Of a stretch of 64,000 nt of DNA, positions 19,508 to 29,572 are shown in pieces (the first letter of the stretch is position 1; every line of letters begins with the position of its first letter). The notes beneath the pieces were generated by a model that worked only from the letters and a program-made list of their open reading frames with translations, made no database searches and was not told where the DNA came from. Location: IMG/VR virus record IMGVR_UViG_3300044675_005482, positions 49,998 through 113,997 of that record; one strand, written 5' to 3'. This stretch comes from a virus. Made by a program: the position numbers and the translations under genes.

Positions 19508-21293
19508 TTTTGGCGACTTAATAGATTTACTTGATGGCGAAGAGTTTGAAGAAAAGCCAGTAGATCTTCGTGAGTTTGTTACAAGCCCAAATTATTTAGG
19601 GCTTCCTCCATTGTCAGATCTTCAATACACATTAATCGAAAAAAGCTCACAAATATATAAAGAGTCCACATTGATAAAATTGTTTGGAGAAGAAGAAGGA
19701 AAAAGAATTGCAAAACAAACTGCAACTGAAGTTATTGCACAGCTAGGCAAGGGAAGCGGAAAAGATTACTGCTCTACAATTGCAGTATCTTATATAGTAT
19801 ATTTACTATTGTGCCTAAAGGATCCAGCATCATATTATGGTAAGCCTCCAGGTGATGCAATTGATATCATTAATATTGCTATTAACTCACAGCAAGCAAA
19901 CAATGTATTCTTTAAGGGATTTAAAACTAGAATTGAAAAGTCGCCATGGTTTATAGGTAAATACGATCCAAAGGCTTCTGAAATGAAGTTTGATAAAGCT
20001 GTTACAGTACACTCAGGTCACTCAGAAAGAGAAGCCTGGGAAGGATATAACGTTATTGTAGTTATTCTAGATGAGATATCAGGCTTTTCTATTGAAAATA
20101 CAACAGGACACGATCAGGCTAAAACTGCTGACGCTATATATGATATGTATCGTGCATCCGTAGACTCTCGTTTTCCAGACTTTGGGAAAGTAATTCTTCT
20201 TTCATTTCCACGATTTAAAAATGACCCTATACAAAAATTTTATGAATCTGTCATTGGTGAAAAAGAAACTATAATTAGAACACATAAGTTTAAGATGGAT
20301 GAAGATCTTCCAGACGGAACTGTTGGGAATGAGTTTGAGGTTGAGTGGGAAGAAGATCATATAAAGTCTTACCTTGTTCCAAAAGTGTATGCTTTAAAAA
20401 GACCAACTTGGGAAGTAAACCCAACAAGAAGCATTGAAGATTTTAAGACAGCGTTCTACAAAAATAGTATGGACGCACTTGGTAGATTTGCCTGCATGCC
20501 TCCAGAAATGATTGATGCATTTTTTAAATCAAGAGAAAAAGTAGAAAAAGCGTTTAACAACACAGGCATAGCCGTAGATCAGTTTGGAAGACTTGAAGAA
20601 TGGTTCAAGCCAGATCCAGACAAAAAATATTTTCTTCACGTTGACTTGGCTCAAAAGCATGACCATTGTGCAGTTGCAATGGCACATGTCGATAGATGGG
20701 TAAACGTTAAAGTAACAAGCGATTATTCTCAGCCAGCTCCAATAGTACATGTAGATGCTGTAAGATATTGGACTCCTACTCCAGATAAGTCTGTAGATTT
20801 TACTGAAGTAAAAGACTATATTCTTTCATTAAGAACAAGGGGATTTAATATAGGTGTTTGCACATTTGACCGATGGAACTCTCACGACATGATGCAGCAA
20901 TTAAAGCAGTATGGAATTAACACGGAGATTTTATCTGTAGCAAAGAAGCATTATGATGATATGGCAATGGTGGTTCTAGAAGAAAGAATTAACGGACCAC
21001 ATATACCGCTTCTTATTGATGAATTGCTTCAGCTTAAGATAATGAGAGATAAAGTAGATCACCCAAGAAAGGGATCCAAAGACTTGGCTGACGCAGTTTG
21101 TGGATCAATATTTAATTCAATTAGCAGAACTAGACCAGATAATAATTCTGAAATAAATATTCATACTTATGAATCAATGAGTTATGATAATGACTTTAAG
21201 GTTGATGATAAAGAAACATCACTGAATATGATTAGGCCACCAAGAATGCCAGATAGGTTGTCGGAAGCGCTAGAGAGTATGGAGATAATATGA
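19497..21293 (+). CDS. Terminase large subunit
   Basis: GKGSGKD Walker A, VILDE Walker B, RNase H-like HVDLA, FDRWN, KDLADA. Confidence 0.9.
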   Translation: MPFDFGDLIDLLDGEEFEEKPVDLREFVTSPNYLGLPPLSDLQYTLIEKSSQIYKESTLIKLFGEEEGKRIAKQTATEVIAQLGKGSGKDYCSTIAVSYIVYLLLCLKDPASYYGKPPGDAIDIINIAINSQQANNVFFKGFKTRIEKSPWFIGKYDPKASEMKFDKAVTVHSGHSEREAWEGYNVIVVILDEISGFSIENTTGHDQAKTADAIYDMYRASVDSRFPDFGKVILLSFPRFKNDPIQKFYESVIGEKETIIRTHKFKMDEDLPDGTVGNEFEVEWEEDHIKSYLVPKVYALKRPTWEVNPTRSIEDFKTAFYKNSMDALGRFACMPPEMIDAFFKSREKVEKAFNNTGIAVDQFGRLEEWFKPDPDKKYFLHVDLAQKHDHCAVAMAHVDRWVNVKVTSDYSQPAPIVHVDAVRYWTPTPDKSVDFTEVKDYILSLRTRGFNIGVCTFDRWNSHDMMQQLKQYGINTEILSVAKKHYDDMAMVVLEERINGPHIPLLIDELLQLKIMRDKVDHPRKGSKDLADAVCGSIFNSISRTRPDNNSEINIHTYESMSYDNDFKVDDKETSLNMIRPPRMPDRLSEALESMEII

Positions 21294-21529
21294 GCGAGTA
21301 TCAGGAAAGAGCAAAGGAGTGTAAATGCTGTGGAAAGCATGTTCCTCTACCAACCGTGTTAAAAGATTTTAACGGTATTATTTTATGCCCAACAACCTTT
21401 GCTAACGTAATGGAATATAAAAGAATATGGAAGGCAATAGGAAGTAGGCCAAGCGGATCTATTAGAAAACATTTCTCTGAGTATGTTCAATCTCTAGTAG
21501 AAAATGAAGCTATTAATGAAGTTCAATGA
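21290..21529 (+). CDS. Hypothetical zinc-binding protein
   Basis: CKCC...LCP. Confidence 0.65.
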   Translation: MSEYQERAKECKCCGKHVPLPTVLKDFNGIILCPTTFANVMEYKRIWKAIGSRPSGSIRKHFSEYVQSLVENEAINEVQ

Positions 21530-22595
21530 TGTTTTTAATACCAGGGTACTTAATTCAATACATCCAGATTCGGTAGAAAGATTTTTATTTAACTTAGATT
21601 CAAATAGCGTTTTAAATAAAGAACGTGTACAAAAAATGTTTTATAATAATATAAGCAACGAAAATATAAAATATATACACACTCTAGGAAAATCTGGACA
21701 CAAAAATGACAACATTACATATTCTTATAATAGCTTGGGCTTTAGAGGCAAAGAGTTTGAGCCAGAAGAAGATTTAGTTATTGCTGGGTGCTCTCAAACT
21801 TTTGGAATGGGGCTAGAAGAAAATTATATATGGGGGAATGTAGTAGCAAACAGTCTTGGATATAAGGCCTCAAATATTTCTATGCCAGGTGCATCAACTG
21901 AATCAATTATAAATAACATATATGCTTACTTTAAAGAGTATGGTCACCCTAAAATGCTACTAGCTCTTTTCCCAGACATGTATAGATTTCAAATACCAAC
22001 TAATAGAAAATATATAACATCTTCCTCTATTAAAAATGAAGGACCAGAACCTTACGAACAACCATACATGACCTACCTTTACCTTGATAAACAAGAGCAA
22101 AGCAAGAAGCCTAAGTACCAAAAGATTCCTTTTGATTTAGAAGAAATTATAACACCAGAAATTGCTTTTTTTTATAACATGAAAAGCATTATTATTTTAA
22201 ACCAATATTGTAATGCATTGGGTATCAAATTTTATTGGGCTAGCTGGAGGCCAGAACTAGATATTGCTATAACAAAGATTAAATCTGATTCTAAAGACTA
22301 CGAAAACTATGTATCATTAGACATATTTAACTGGTACACAAAGCACTCATTTGAAGAAGACCCATTCGGGGTTGAAAAAAATTTAATAGAATCGGAATAT
22401 TATCATAAAGATTACGCCTTAGATTGCTATAATTGCTATAATGAACAAGAGTGTGACATGATCGTTAATTGCCATGAGGAATTATTTGAATCTAATAAAA
22501 ATTTGTTTCATCACGGAAATGACCGTGCACATATAGGCTCGCATAAACATCAACACATAGCAGAAAAATTTATTGAAAGGATAAAGAATGAATAG
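21504..22595 (+). CDS. SGNH/GDSL-like hydrolase or acyltransferase
   Basis: NSLGFR, GCSQTFG block I, C-terminal DRAH. Confidence 0.6.
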   Translation: MKLLMKFNDVFNTRVLNSIHPDSVERFLFNLDSNSVLNKERVQKMFYNNISNENIKYIHTLGKSGHKNDNITYSYNSLGFRGKEFEPEEDLVIAGCSQTFGMGLEENYIWGNVVANSLGYKASNISMPGASTESIINNIYAYFKEYGHPKMLLALFPDMYRFQIPTNRKYITSSSIKNEGPEPYEQPYMTYLYLDKQEQSKKPKYQKIPFDLEEIITPEIAFFYNMKSIIILNQYCNALGIKFYWASWRPELDIAITKIKSDSKDYENYVSLDIFNWYTKHSFEEDPFGVEKNLIESEYYHKDYALDCYNCYNEQECDMIVNCHEELFESNKNLFHHGNDRAHIGSHKHQHIAEKFIERIKNE

Positions 22596-22688
22596 AATAA
22601 CATTTACTACTTTTTATATTATAGAAAAAATAAAAAGAAAAATAAAGACTAAAAAATATAAAAAAAGAAATAGCGGGTTTATGTACTA

Positions 22689-24197
22689 ATGATTATCCTG
22701 GGGATAAACGAGACTTCTCACGATGCTTCTGTGTCTTTAATTAAGGATGGCCAGATACTTTTTGCAGGACATGCAGAAAGATATAGCAAAGAAAAGAATG
22801 ATTGGTATATAAATGATGATCTCCTTAAAGATGCTTTTTCTTATGGGTTTCCAGACCACATAGCATACTATGAGAAGCCTCTTTTAAAAGCATCTAGATT
22901 ATTTTTAAAAGGAGGATCTGGAGACTGGCTTCCAAGATATAAAGTAGATAATATTTTTGGCAGACCTCTACCAGTAAAATCATTCAAGCATCACTACTCC
23001 CATGCTTGTGCTGGGTATTATACTAGCCCATATGCAGACGCAGCTATTGTTGTGCTTGATGCTATTGGAGAATATAATACTTCAACCATCTGGGTTGGAG
23101 AAGGAGAAAAAATTAAATTAAAGTATAAGCAAAATTACCCAGTGAGCTTTGGACTTTTTTATTCGGCATTTACAGAGCTATTAGAATTAATGCCAAATCA
23201 AGAAGAGTATATAATGATGGGAATGGCAGCTTATGGAAATCCAGATAGATATTTTAATCAAGTAAATAATTATTTCCCAGAATACAATAAGCAAAAATAT
23301 AATTTTCACAAAGGAATAAAAGATTTTGATTGGGGACACGTTCCTTGTTTTGCTGGTACGGAGGGCACAGGCTATGTTGGAGAATGGTTCCAGCAAAGAA
23401 AATTTGATTTAGCTGCGGCGGTACAAAAGGTATACGAACTAAGGCTTAGCGAGTTTATGCACATGGCATATACAATTACTGGTAAAAAGAATTTAGTTTT
23501 TATGGGAGGTTGTGCTTTAAACAGCAAGGCAAATACAATGCTCTGGAATATATTTAAAGATGTTTGGATCATGCCAAACCCAGGAGACGCTGGAAGCTCA
23601 TTAGGAGCAGCATTAGCACTATACGGCAAACACATAGAGTGGAAAGGTCCATATTTAGGACACGACATTGGTGGGAAATATCCAGTTCAAAAAATTTTTG
23701 ATGGCATATTAAAAGATGGCATAGTTGCTGTTGCTTCAGGAAGGGCAGAGTATGGCCCAAGAGCTTTAGGAAATAGAAGCATCCTTGCTGACCCTAGAGA
23801 TCCAAACATTAAAGACAAAGTAAATCTAATAAAACAAAGAGAGATGTTTAGACCGTTTGCTCCAGTAGTATTAGAAGAGTTTGCCAGCGAATGGTTTGAT
23901 ATGAATTTTGCATCTCCATATATGCAATACACTGTTAAATGTAAATATCCAGACAAGGTTCCATCTGTAGTTCATGTAGACGGAACATCTAGAGTTCAAA
24001 CAGTCAATAGAGATCAGCATCCAGGCCTGCACATGGTTTTAAGAAAGTTTTACTGGGAAACTGGAATCCCAATGCTATTGAATACTAGCTTAAATATAAA
24101 GGGACAGCCATTGTTAAATGATAAACAAGATGCTATTGACTGGCAGGAGCATTATAGATATAATATACTAACTAGCAACAATAGCTTAGTTGGTTAA
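22689..24197 (+). CDS. Carbamoyltransferase (NodU/CmcH family)
   Basis: HDASV, ERYS..KND, HHYSHA, MGMAAYG, GGCALN, EYGPRALGNRSIL, RPFAP, LNTSLN. Confidence 0.95.
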   Translation: MIILGINETSHDASVSLIKDGQILFAGHAERYSKEKNDWYINDDLLKDAFSYGFPDHIAYYEKPLLKASRLFLKGGSGDWLPRYKVDNIFGRPLPVKSFKHHYSHACAGYYTSPYADAAIVVLDAIGEYNTSTIWVGEGEKIKLKYKQNYPVSFGLFYSAFTELLELMPNQEEYIMMGMAAYGNPDRYFNQVNNYFPEYNKQKYNFHKGIKDFDWGHVPCFAGTEGTGYVGEWFQQRKFDLAAAVQKVYELRLSEFMHMAYTITGKKNLVFMGGCALNSKANTMLWNIFKDVWIMPNPGDAGSSLGAALALYGKHIEWKGPYLGHDIGGKYPVQKIFDGILKDGIVAVASGRAEYGPRALGNRSILADPRDPNIKDKVNLIKQREMFRPFAPVVLEEFASEWFDMNFASPYMQYTVKCKYPDKVPSVVHVDGTSRVQTVNRDQHPGLHMVLRKFYWETGIPMLLNTSLNIKGQPLLNDKQDAIDWQEHYRYNILTSNNSLVG

Positions 24198-24248
24198 AGC
24201 CCCGAACTCATAATTCGGTAATCGTAGGTTCAAGTCCTACTTGTTGCA
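24175..24248 (+). tRNA. tRNA with CAT anticodon (elongator Met or Ile2)
   Basis: Cloverleaf: GCAACAA/TTGTTGC acceptor, CCGAA-CTCATAA-TTCGG, GTAGG-TTCAAGT-CCTAC. Confidence 0.9.
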
Positions 24249-24261
24249 CACAGGAGGTGCT

Positions 24262-25266
24262 ATGTTTAATACACATATGGGTGACAATGAAAGCTTGCTG
24301 GACGCAATGATCCATAAGCCAAGTCATTTTTTTAATGTGTCAGAACACACCAAATTTTTATTATATGATAACTCTTTAGTTAAAGACACACCTAAAGAAG
24401 TAAATCCTGCTGTGTTTAGAAAGAATCAAATATCATACAGGATGAACAGAAAAAATTATAGGTCTCCAGATTTTCACAAAGACACCGACATTCTTTTTGC
24501 TGGTTGCTCTTTGACTTATGGTGACGGAATCCCAGAAGAATTTGTATGGCCTAGCATTGTTGCAAGAGATCTTGGTCTAACCTATGCCAATTTGGGACTA
24601 TCTGGAGATTCAGTTTACGGACAAGTAAAAAGAATATTTGCCTACTTTAAAGAATTTGGACATCCTAAATATCTATACGCTATTTTCCCAGAATTTTATA
24701 GAATGGTTATACCAATAAATAGAAGAGTGTTTACTACTGGGAATTCTGTAAGAGAATTAAAGGAAAGAAAAGATAATGATTATAATGAATTTATTTTAAA
24801 AAATGCTTTTATTCCAGGCTCTATAGATAAAAACTTTAAAATGTCTATTCGTCCTCATGTTGCAGAGCATGTATTGAACCCAGAAATACCTCATTTTTTA
24901 TCTGCACAAAGCATACTTATGCTGGACGCATACTGTGAAGCCGCAGGCATTAAGTTTGCTTGGTCTACGTGGGATCAAAAACAATTTATGGTGCTAAAAT
25001 CATTAGGAGAAAACTACTATAAAAACTTAATAGATATAGACATGGAGTCATGGGAAATATGCTATAGTCCAATAGAAGATAAGTATAAGAAAAATGGAGA
25101 ACAGGTATTCTGCCATAATGAGTTAAAAGATATAAGCAGAGGGTTTTTTGATTTAGGTATGGATAGAGATTATGGAATTAAATCAGCACATTGGGGATCT
25201 CATAGGCATCAGCACGTAGCTGATATCATTAAAAATCATGTATCGAAATGGATTAGTAATGGATGA
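24262..25266 (+). CDS. SGNH/GDSL-like protein, paralog of 21504-22595
   Basis: GCSLTYG, IFAYFKEFGHPK, HWGSHRHQHVA. Confidence 0.6.
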   Translation: MFNTHMGDNESLLDAMIHKPSHFFNVSEHTKFLLYDNSLVKDTPKEVNPAVFRKNQISYRMNRKNYRSPDFHKDTDILFAGCSLTYGDGIPEEFVWPSIVARDLGLTYANLGLSGDSVYGQVKRIFAYFKEFGHPKYLYAIFPEFYRMVIPINRRVFTTGNSVRELKERKDNDYNEFILKNAFIPGSIDKNFKMSIRPHVAEHVLNPEIPHFLSAQSILMLDAYCEAAGIKFAWSTWDQKQFMVLKSLGENYYKNLIDIDMESWEICYSPIEDKYKKNGEQVFCHNELKDISRGFFDLGMDRDYGIKSAHWGSHRHQHVADIIKNHVSKWISNG

Positions 25267-25540
25267 AATAATGCAACATTACCTAGAAATAGGTGCAATT
25301 GAAATTTCTGGTGTAGATAGTAATGGAGAAATGCTGTTCTCTATTACTGAAAAAGCAAAGGAAGTTGCCCCAGAACTATGGGAGTCTCACCAAGAGCATG
25401 TAGATAAAACCCTTATAGATCTTTATGAAAAGGGGCTTATTGAGGTAGAGTATAATGAAAACCTAGAGGCTGAAATAAAGTTAAGCGAAGCTGGCATTGA
25501 GGCATCAAGAGAATACGGCTTAAGGTTTTTAGGAGAATAG
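25259..25540 (+). CDS. Hypothetical protein
   Basis: ORF. Confidence 0.65.
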   Translation: MDEIMQHYLEIGAIEISGVDSNGEMLFSITEKAKEVAPELWESHQEHVDKTLIDLYEKGLIEVEYNENLEAEIKLSEAGIEASREYGLRFLGE

Positions 25541-25543
25541 TTA

Positions 25544-26593
25544 ATGTTTAGTTATCAGGGCTGGAAATTTGACACTATAGAATCAATACCATACCCAGAA
25601 GAAAACTTTGAAATAATTAAGGTTACTAACTTAAGGAACAGAGAGTCTATATCCTATGGCTCTGTAATTGAAGAGCCTGCCTTTATGATGCCAGCCAACG
25701 CACACCTGTGGCATTTTGTGCAGGAGGGCCTAGCTCAGTATGAAGTTATAGCCAATAAAATTCCATCAGTTAAGTTATTTTTGCACGACATACATATTGG
25801 AACCGTAACAGAAAAATTTTTAAGTATTGAAAATTATTGTAAAATAAAAGGAAAGAATTTTAAATACATTAAAGATTTGTCTAATATTTATAGTCACGAT
25901 AAAAAAGTATACATTACACACAGCAGGACTATTCTCATTAAGGAAGCATATTTTATTAACGATACACTAAGATTAATAGACAGAGATTTAGTGCTTCAAG
26001 GTAATGTTGTGCCATACTGGGTAGAAGCAACAGATGCTGACGGTAACTGGATTGAAGGAGAAGAGTATAAAAAGGCTTCCCCTTATTTTAATCAAGACTG
26101 CATATACGATAGATGGCAGATGGACGGACTACACCTTGTAAAAGATAGATTGAGTCCTTATATAAAAGAAAATAATGAGTCTTATAAAAAAATATATATT
26201 AGCAGAGAAGATGTAAATAAAATGTGGTCGCAATTGTCCCCAGATAGAGCCTTTGCGGAAGAGCATATCTTGGTTGACTATTTTATTTCACAGGGGTATA
26301 ATAAGGTTGTACTGACTAATTATGATTACATAGATCAAATTAATATTATTTTTAATGCTACTCATATTGTTGGTCTTACTGGTTCTGGTTTATTTAATAC
26401 CTTTTTATGTAAACCTGGCACTACCGTAATTGAAATAAACGTAAGCGGTGGATACTATTGGTCTTATGAATATTTTAAAGAATTTAATATAAAAGTTAAA
26501 ACGGCAGAACTAAGATGGAGAAAAGATTACACTGCAGTATTGTCAAAGAAAAACATGGATAAATTAAAAGAACTGGTAGAAAATAATGATTAA
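25544..26593 (+). CDS. Glycosyltransferase family 61-like
   Basis: LWHF, KIYISR, QINIIFNATHIVGLTGSGLFNTFLCKPGTTVIEI. Confidence 0.8.
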   Translation: MFSYQGWKFDTIESIPYPEENFEIIKVTNLRNRESISYGSVIEEPAFMMPANAHLWHFVQEGLAQYEVIANKIPSVKLFLHDIHIGTVTEKFLSIENYCKIKGKNFKYIKDLSNIYSHDKKVYITHSRTILIKEAYFINDTLRLIDRDLVLQGNVVPYWVEATDADGNWIEGEEYKKASPYFNQDCIYDRWQMDGLHLVKDRLSPYIKENNESYKKIYISREDVNKMWSQLSPDRAFAEEHILVDYFISQGYNKVVLTNYDYIDQINIIFNATHIVGLTGSGLFNTFLCKPGTTVIEINVSGGYYWSYEYFKEFNIKVKTAELRWRKDYTAVLSKKNMDKLKELVENND

Positions 26594-27680
26594 TATAGTT
26601 GTTCCGCTAGCTGGAGAAGGAACTAGATTTTCTTCTGCTGGCTTCAAAACCCCAAAGCCTTTAATAGTTGTCGATGGCAAAACTATGATAGAGCATTCCG
26701 TAGAGACCCTTGGTATTAAGGGCAGGTATATTTTTATAACAAAAGAATATAAAAACAATTTATATAACATTGAGCTGTCCTCTATTATTAAAAGGATAAT
26801 GCCAGATGCAATTGAAATAAAAGTTGATAAAAAACAACGTGGTGCTGCAGATGCCGTAATGTATGCAGAAAAATATATTGATAATAAGAACAGCTTAATA
26901 ACAATTAATTGCGATCAAATTTTAAATTGGGATGCGGAAGAGTTTCTTAAGCATGTTGAAGATTCTGGTGCTGACGGTGCTGTAGTTTTATTTAAAGCCG
27001 ACGATCCAAAGCATAGCTACGCAGAAGTTATAGACAATAAGATTATAAAGATTGTTGAAAAAGAAGTGATATCTAATGACGCATTAATTGGAGTACACTA
27101 CTGGAAACACGGTTCAGATTTTGTTGCTTCGGCAAAAGAGCTTTTAAACATTGACGGCCCAAATGAAGTATATATATCTCAAACATACTCTGCTATGTTA
27201 AAAAATGGAAAGACAATATCTCCATTCTTTATTCCTAATAATGACTATATTAATTTAGGAACACCAGAAGACGTAACAATTTATTTGGGGAAGGTTAAAG
27301 AATTTTATACAGACAAGCCAAAAACAATATTCTGCGATATAGACGGAACAATTATAAAGCACCTACACAAGTTCAGTGACCTAGGTAAATTTGATGCAGA
27401 AATTTTGCCAGGGGTAATAAATAAGTTTAATGAGTGGGATTCAAAAGGATATAAGATTATTTTAACAACTGCTAGAAAAGAATCGGCAAGGGCAATTACA
27501 GAGAAACATTTAAATGGGCTTGGTTTGTGCTGGGACATGTTAATAATGGGAGTCACAAGCGGGCAAAGAGTTCTAATAAATGATAAACTAAACTATAAAG
27601 ATCCAGATAGAGCAACTTCTATTAACCTAATCACAAACGACGGGTTTGAATCAACATACTGGGAAGAGTACGGGCTATGA
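26586..27680 (+). CDS. Sugar nucleotidyltransferase-like domain fused to a HAD-like domain
   Basis: PLAGEGTRF..PKPLI, NCDQ, LGTPED; C-terminal FCDIDGTI, TTAR, INDK. Confidence 0.85.
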   Translation: MINIVVPLAGEGTRFSSAGFKTPKPLIVVDGKTMIEHSVETLGIKGRYIFITKEYKNNLYNIELSSIIKRIMPDAIEIKVDKKQRGAADAVMYAEKYIDNKNSLITINCDQILNWDAEEFLKHVEDSGADGAVVLFKADDPKHSYAEVIDNKIIKIVEKEVISNDALIGVHYWKHGSDFVASAKELLNIDGPNEVYISQTYSAMLKNGKTISPFFIPNNDYINLGTPEDVTIYLGKVKEFYTDKPKTIFCDIDGTIIKHLHKFSDLGKFDAEILPGVINKFNEWDSKGYKIILTTARKESARAITEKHLNGLGLCWDMLIMGVTSGQRVLINDKLNYKDPDRATSINLITNDGFESTYWEEYGL

Positions 27681-28006
27681 AGCTTTCAAGACTAGAAGAC
27701 ACTATCGGAGGATGGTTTGTAGGAGATTTTGACAAGGCGGCATACAGGACAGATGCATGTGAGGTATCCTATAAGTATCATCATAAGGGAGAGCATTGGC
27801 CCACACACTACCAAGAAAAGGTAATGGAGATCAATCTAATGGTTCGTGGACAAATGAAGATGCAGGATAAAATACTTTTATCTGGAGATATTTTTATAAT
27901 ATATCCTTATGAGATAGCTGATCCAGAATTCCTTACTGACTGCGAAGTTGTTTGCGTAAAGGTTCCTGGAATTACAAATGACAAAGTGGTAGTTGAAAAG
28001 ATATGA
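27677..28006 (+). CDS. Cupin-fold protein
   Basis: GGWFVGDF, HWPTHYQ..EIN. Confidence 0.7.
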   Translation: MKLSRLEDTIGGWFVGDFDKAAYRTDACEVSYKYHHKGEHWPTHYQEKVMEINLMVRGQMKMQDKILLSGDIFIIYPYEIADPEFLTDCEVVCVKVPGITNDKVVVEKI

Positions 28007-28473
28007 GGCTTATATCTCATAGAGGTAATTTATCTGGACCAAATTCTGAAAAGGAAAATAGTCCAGAGTATATAAAAATAGCTTATGAATTAGGGTACGA
28101 TGTAGAGATAGATCTTTGGTCTAATGACACAGAAATGTTTTTAGGTCACGATGAACCACAATATAAAATAGATTATGAGTTTATAAACTCAATGTCTGAT
28201 AGATTATGGGTACACTGCAAAAATTTAGAAGCCCTATATTGTTGCGAGTTTTTACTTAAAGATATAAACTATTTTTGGCATCAATCTGATGATTTTACTT
28301 TAACTAGCAAAAACATAATATGGACATATCCAGGGAAATACTTAACTCCAAATTCTGTTCTTGTGATGCCAGAGCTTAATAAGTTTGCTGATATCGGTCC
28401 AGATGTGTATGGTATTTGCACAGATGAGATTCTAGAAGTAAAGGAAATGCTAGATGACATACCAGTTTCCTGA
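28003..28473 (+). CDS. Glycerophosphodiester phosphodiesterase-like protein
   Basis: ISHRGN, ENSP, DVEIDLW, LGHD, HCKN, GICTD. Confidence 0.8.
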   Translation: MRLISHRGNLSGPNSEKENSPEYIKIAYELGYDVEIDLWSNDTEMFLGHDEPQYKIDYEFINSMSDRLWVHCKNLEALYCCEFLLKDINYFWHQSDDFTLTSKNIIWTYPGKYLTPNSVLVMPELNKFADIGPDVYGICTDEILEVKEMLDDIPVS

Positions 28474-29572
28474 TAGATGGAAGGCTGAGTCGGTAGAAGT
28501 AATAGATACACCAGATTCATTTGGCAAAATATTTAAGCTCTCTAATGTATCTTATACCAATAAGTCTCATACTGAAACAATACATGTACCAGGCAAAACT
28601 TTTATTGGCTTAGCAGACTTTTATATATGGCATTTTTTATATGATTCGATTGCACAATTTTGTTATTTAAAAACTCAAATTAAAGATATTAATCTTTTTT
28701 TTATTGCTCCAGCAGTAGTTGAGCCTGGCACAAAAGATGACTTCTTAGATCAAATGAAATACATTAGCTTTCATGCTAAGTCAGATACAATTAAAGAACC
28801 TCAGCCACACAAATATTTTGAAGATATATTTGAAATATTTGTAACCCAAGAACATATATATAATCTAGACTCTGTTAACTTTACTTTTGAGGAAGTATAT
28901 TTTGTTTATGACAACGTTAGATATTTTAATAGAGTTCCAGAACTATTACATGCTGGCAAACACTGGTTTAATATACCATACGCATATTGGATAAATAACT
29001 CATGGGAATCTCGTGCTCATATTACTAGGGGAGTTTTTCCAGAAACATGGTGGAGAAGCATAGGCATACTAGAAATGAGAAATATATTTTTAAAAAAATT
29101 AAAAGATGTAAAAACAGAAACTCCTAAAAAAATATTTTTATCTAGAAAAGATGCCAATGGGAGGTACAAAGAGAGAGGACTAAGTCCAACTTTTGATAGG
29201 TATTGCAGTGACGAGGTAGACTCAACTGTAGAAGATTTTTTTGTTTCTCGTGGATATCACCCTATAGTTTTAGAAGGAATGGGATATCTAGAGCAATTAA
29301 ATTATTTTAAAAATGCTACACATATTGCTGGCATAGTCGGATCGTCTTTTTGCCAAACGCTTGTATGTAATCCTTCTGCCATAGTATCTCAAATTATGGT
29401 AAATAGAAAATATGATTTTACCTACCAATTTATTTCAGAGATGGTAGGATATCATCTTAATGATATAGACTTAAGGTCAGTCTATCCAGTTATTGATAAA
29501 ATAAAATTAATTTTAGAAAAAAAATACGGATTCATTGAGTCTGTACATAGGAGTAAAAATTATGAGATATAA
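28454..29572 (+). CDS. Glycosyltransferase family 61-like
   Basis: IWHF, KIFLSR, EQLNYFKNATHIAG. Confidence 0.75.
   Translation: MTYQFPDRWKAESVEVIDTPDSFGKIFKLSNVSYTNKSHTETIHVPGKTFIGLADFYIWHFLYDSIAQFCYLKTQIKDINLFFIAPAVVEPGTKDDFLDQMKYISFHAKSDTIKEPQPHKYFEDIFEIFVTQEHIYNLDSVNFTFEEVYFVYDNVRYFNRVPELLHAGKHWFNIPYAYWINNSWESRAHITRGVFPETWWRSIGILEMRNIFLKKLKDVKTETPKKIFLSRKDANGRYKERGLSPTFDRYCSDEVDSTVEDFFVSRGYHPIVLEGMGYLEQLNYFKNATHIAGIVGSSFCQTLVCNPSAIVSQIMVNRKYDFTYQFISEMVGYHLNDIDLRSVYPVIDKIKLILEKKYGFIESVHRSKNYEI

Noticed and set aside
9184-21293. Inteins or introns in DnaE, RecA or terminase
   Set aside because: Lengths are normal, motifs are contiguous, and no intein splice-junction insertions were seen
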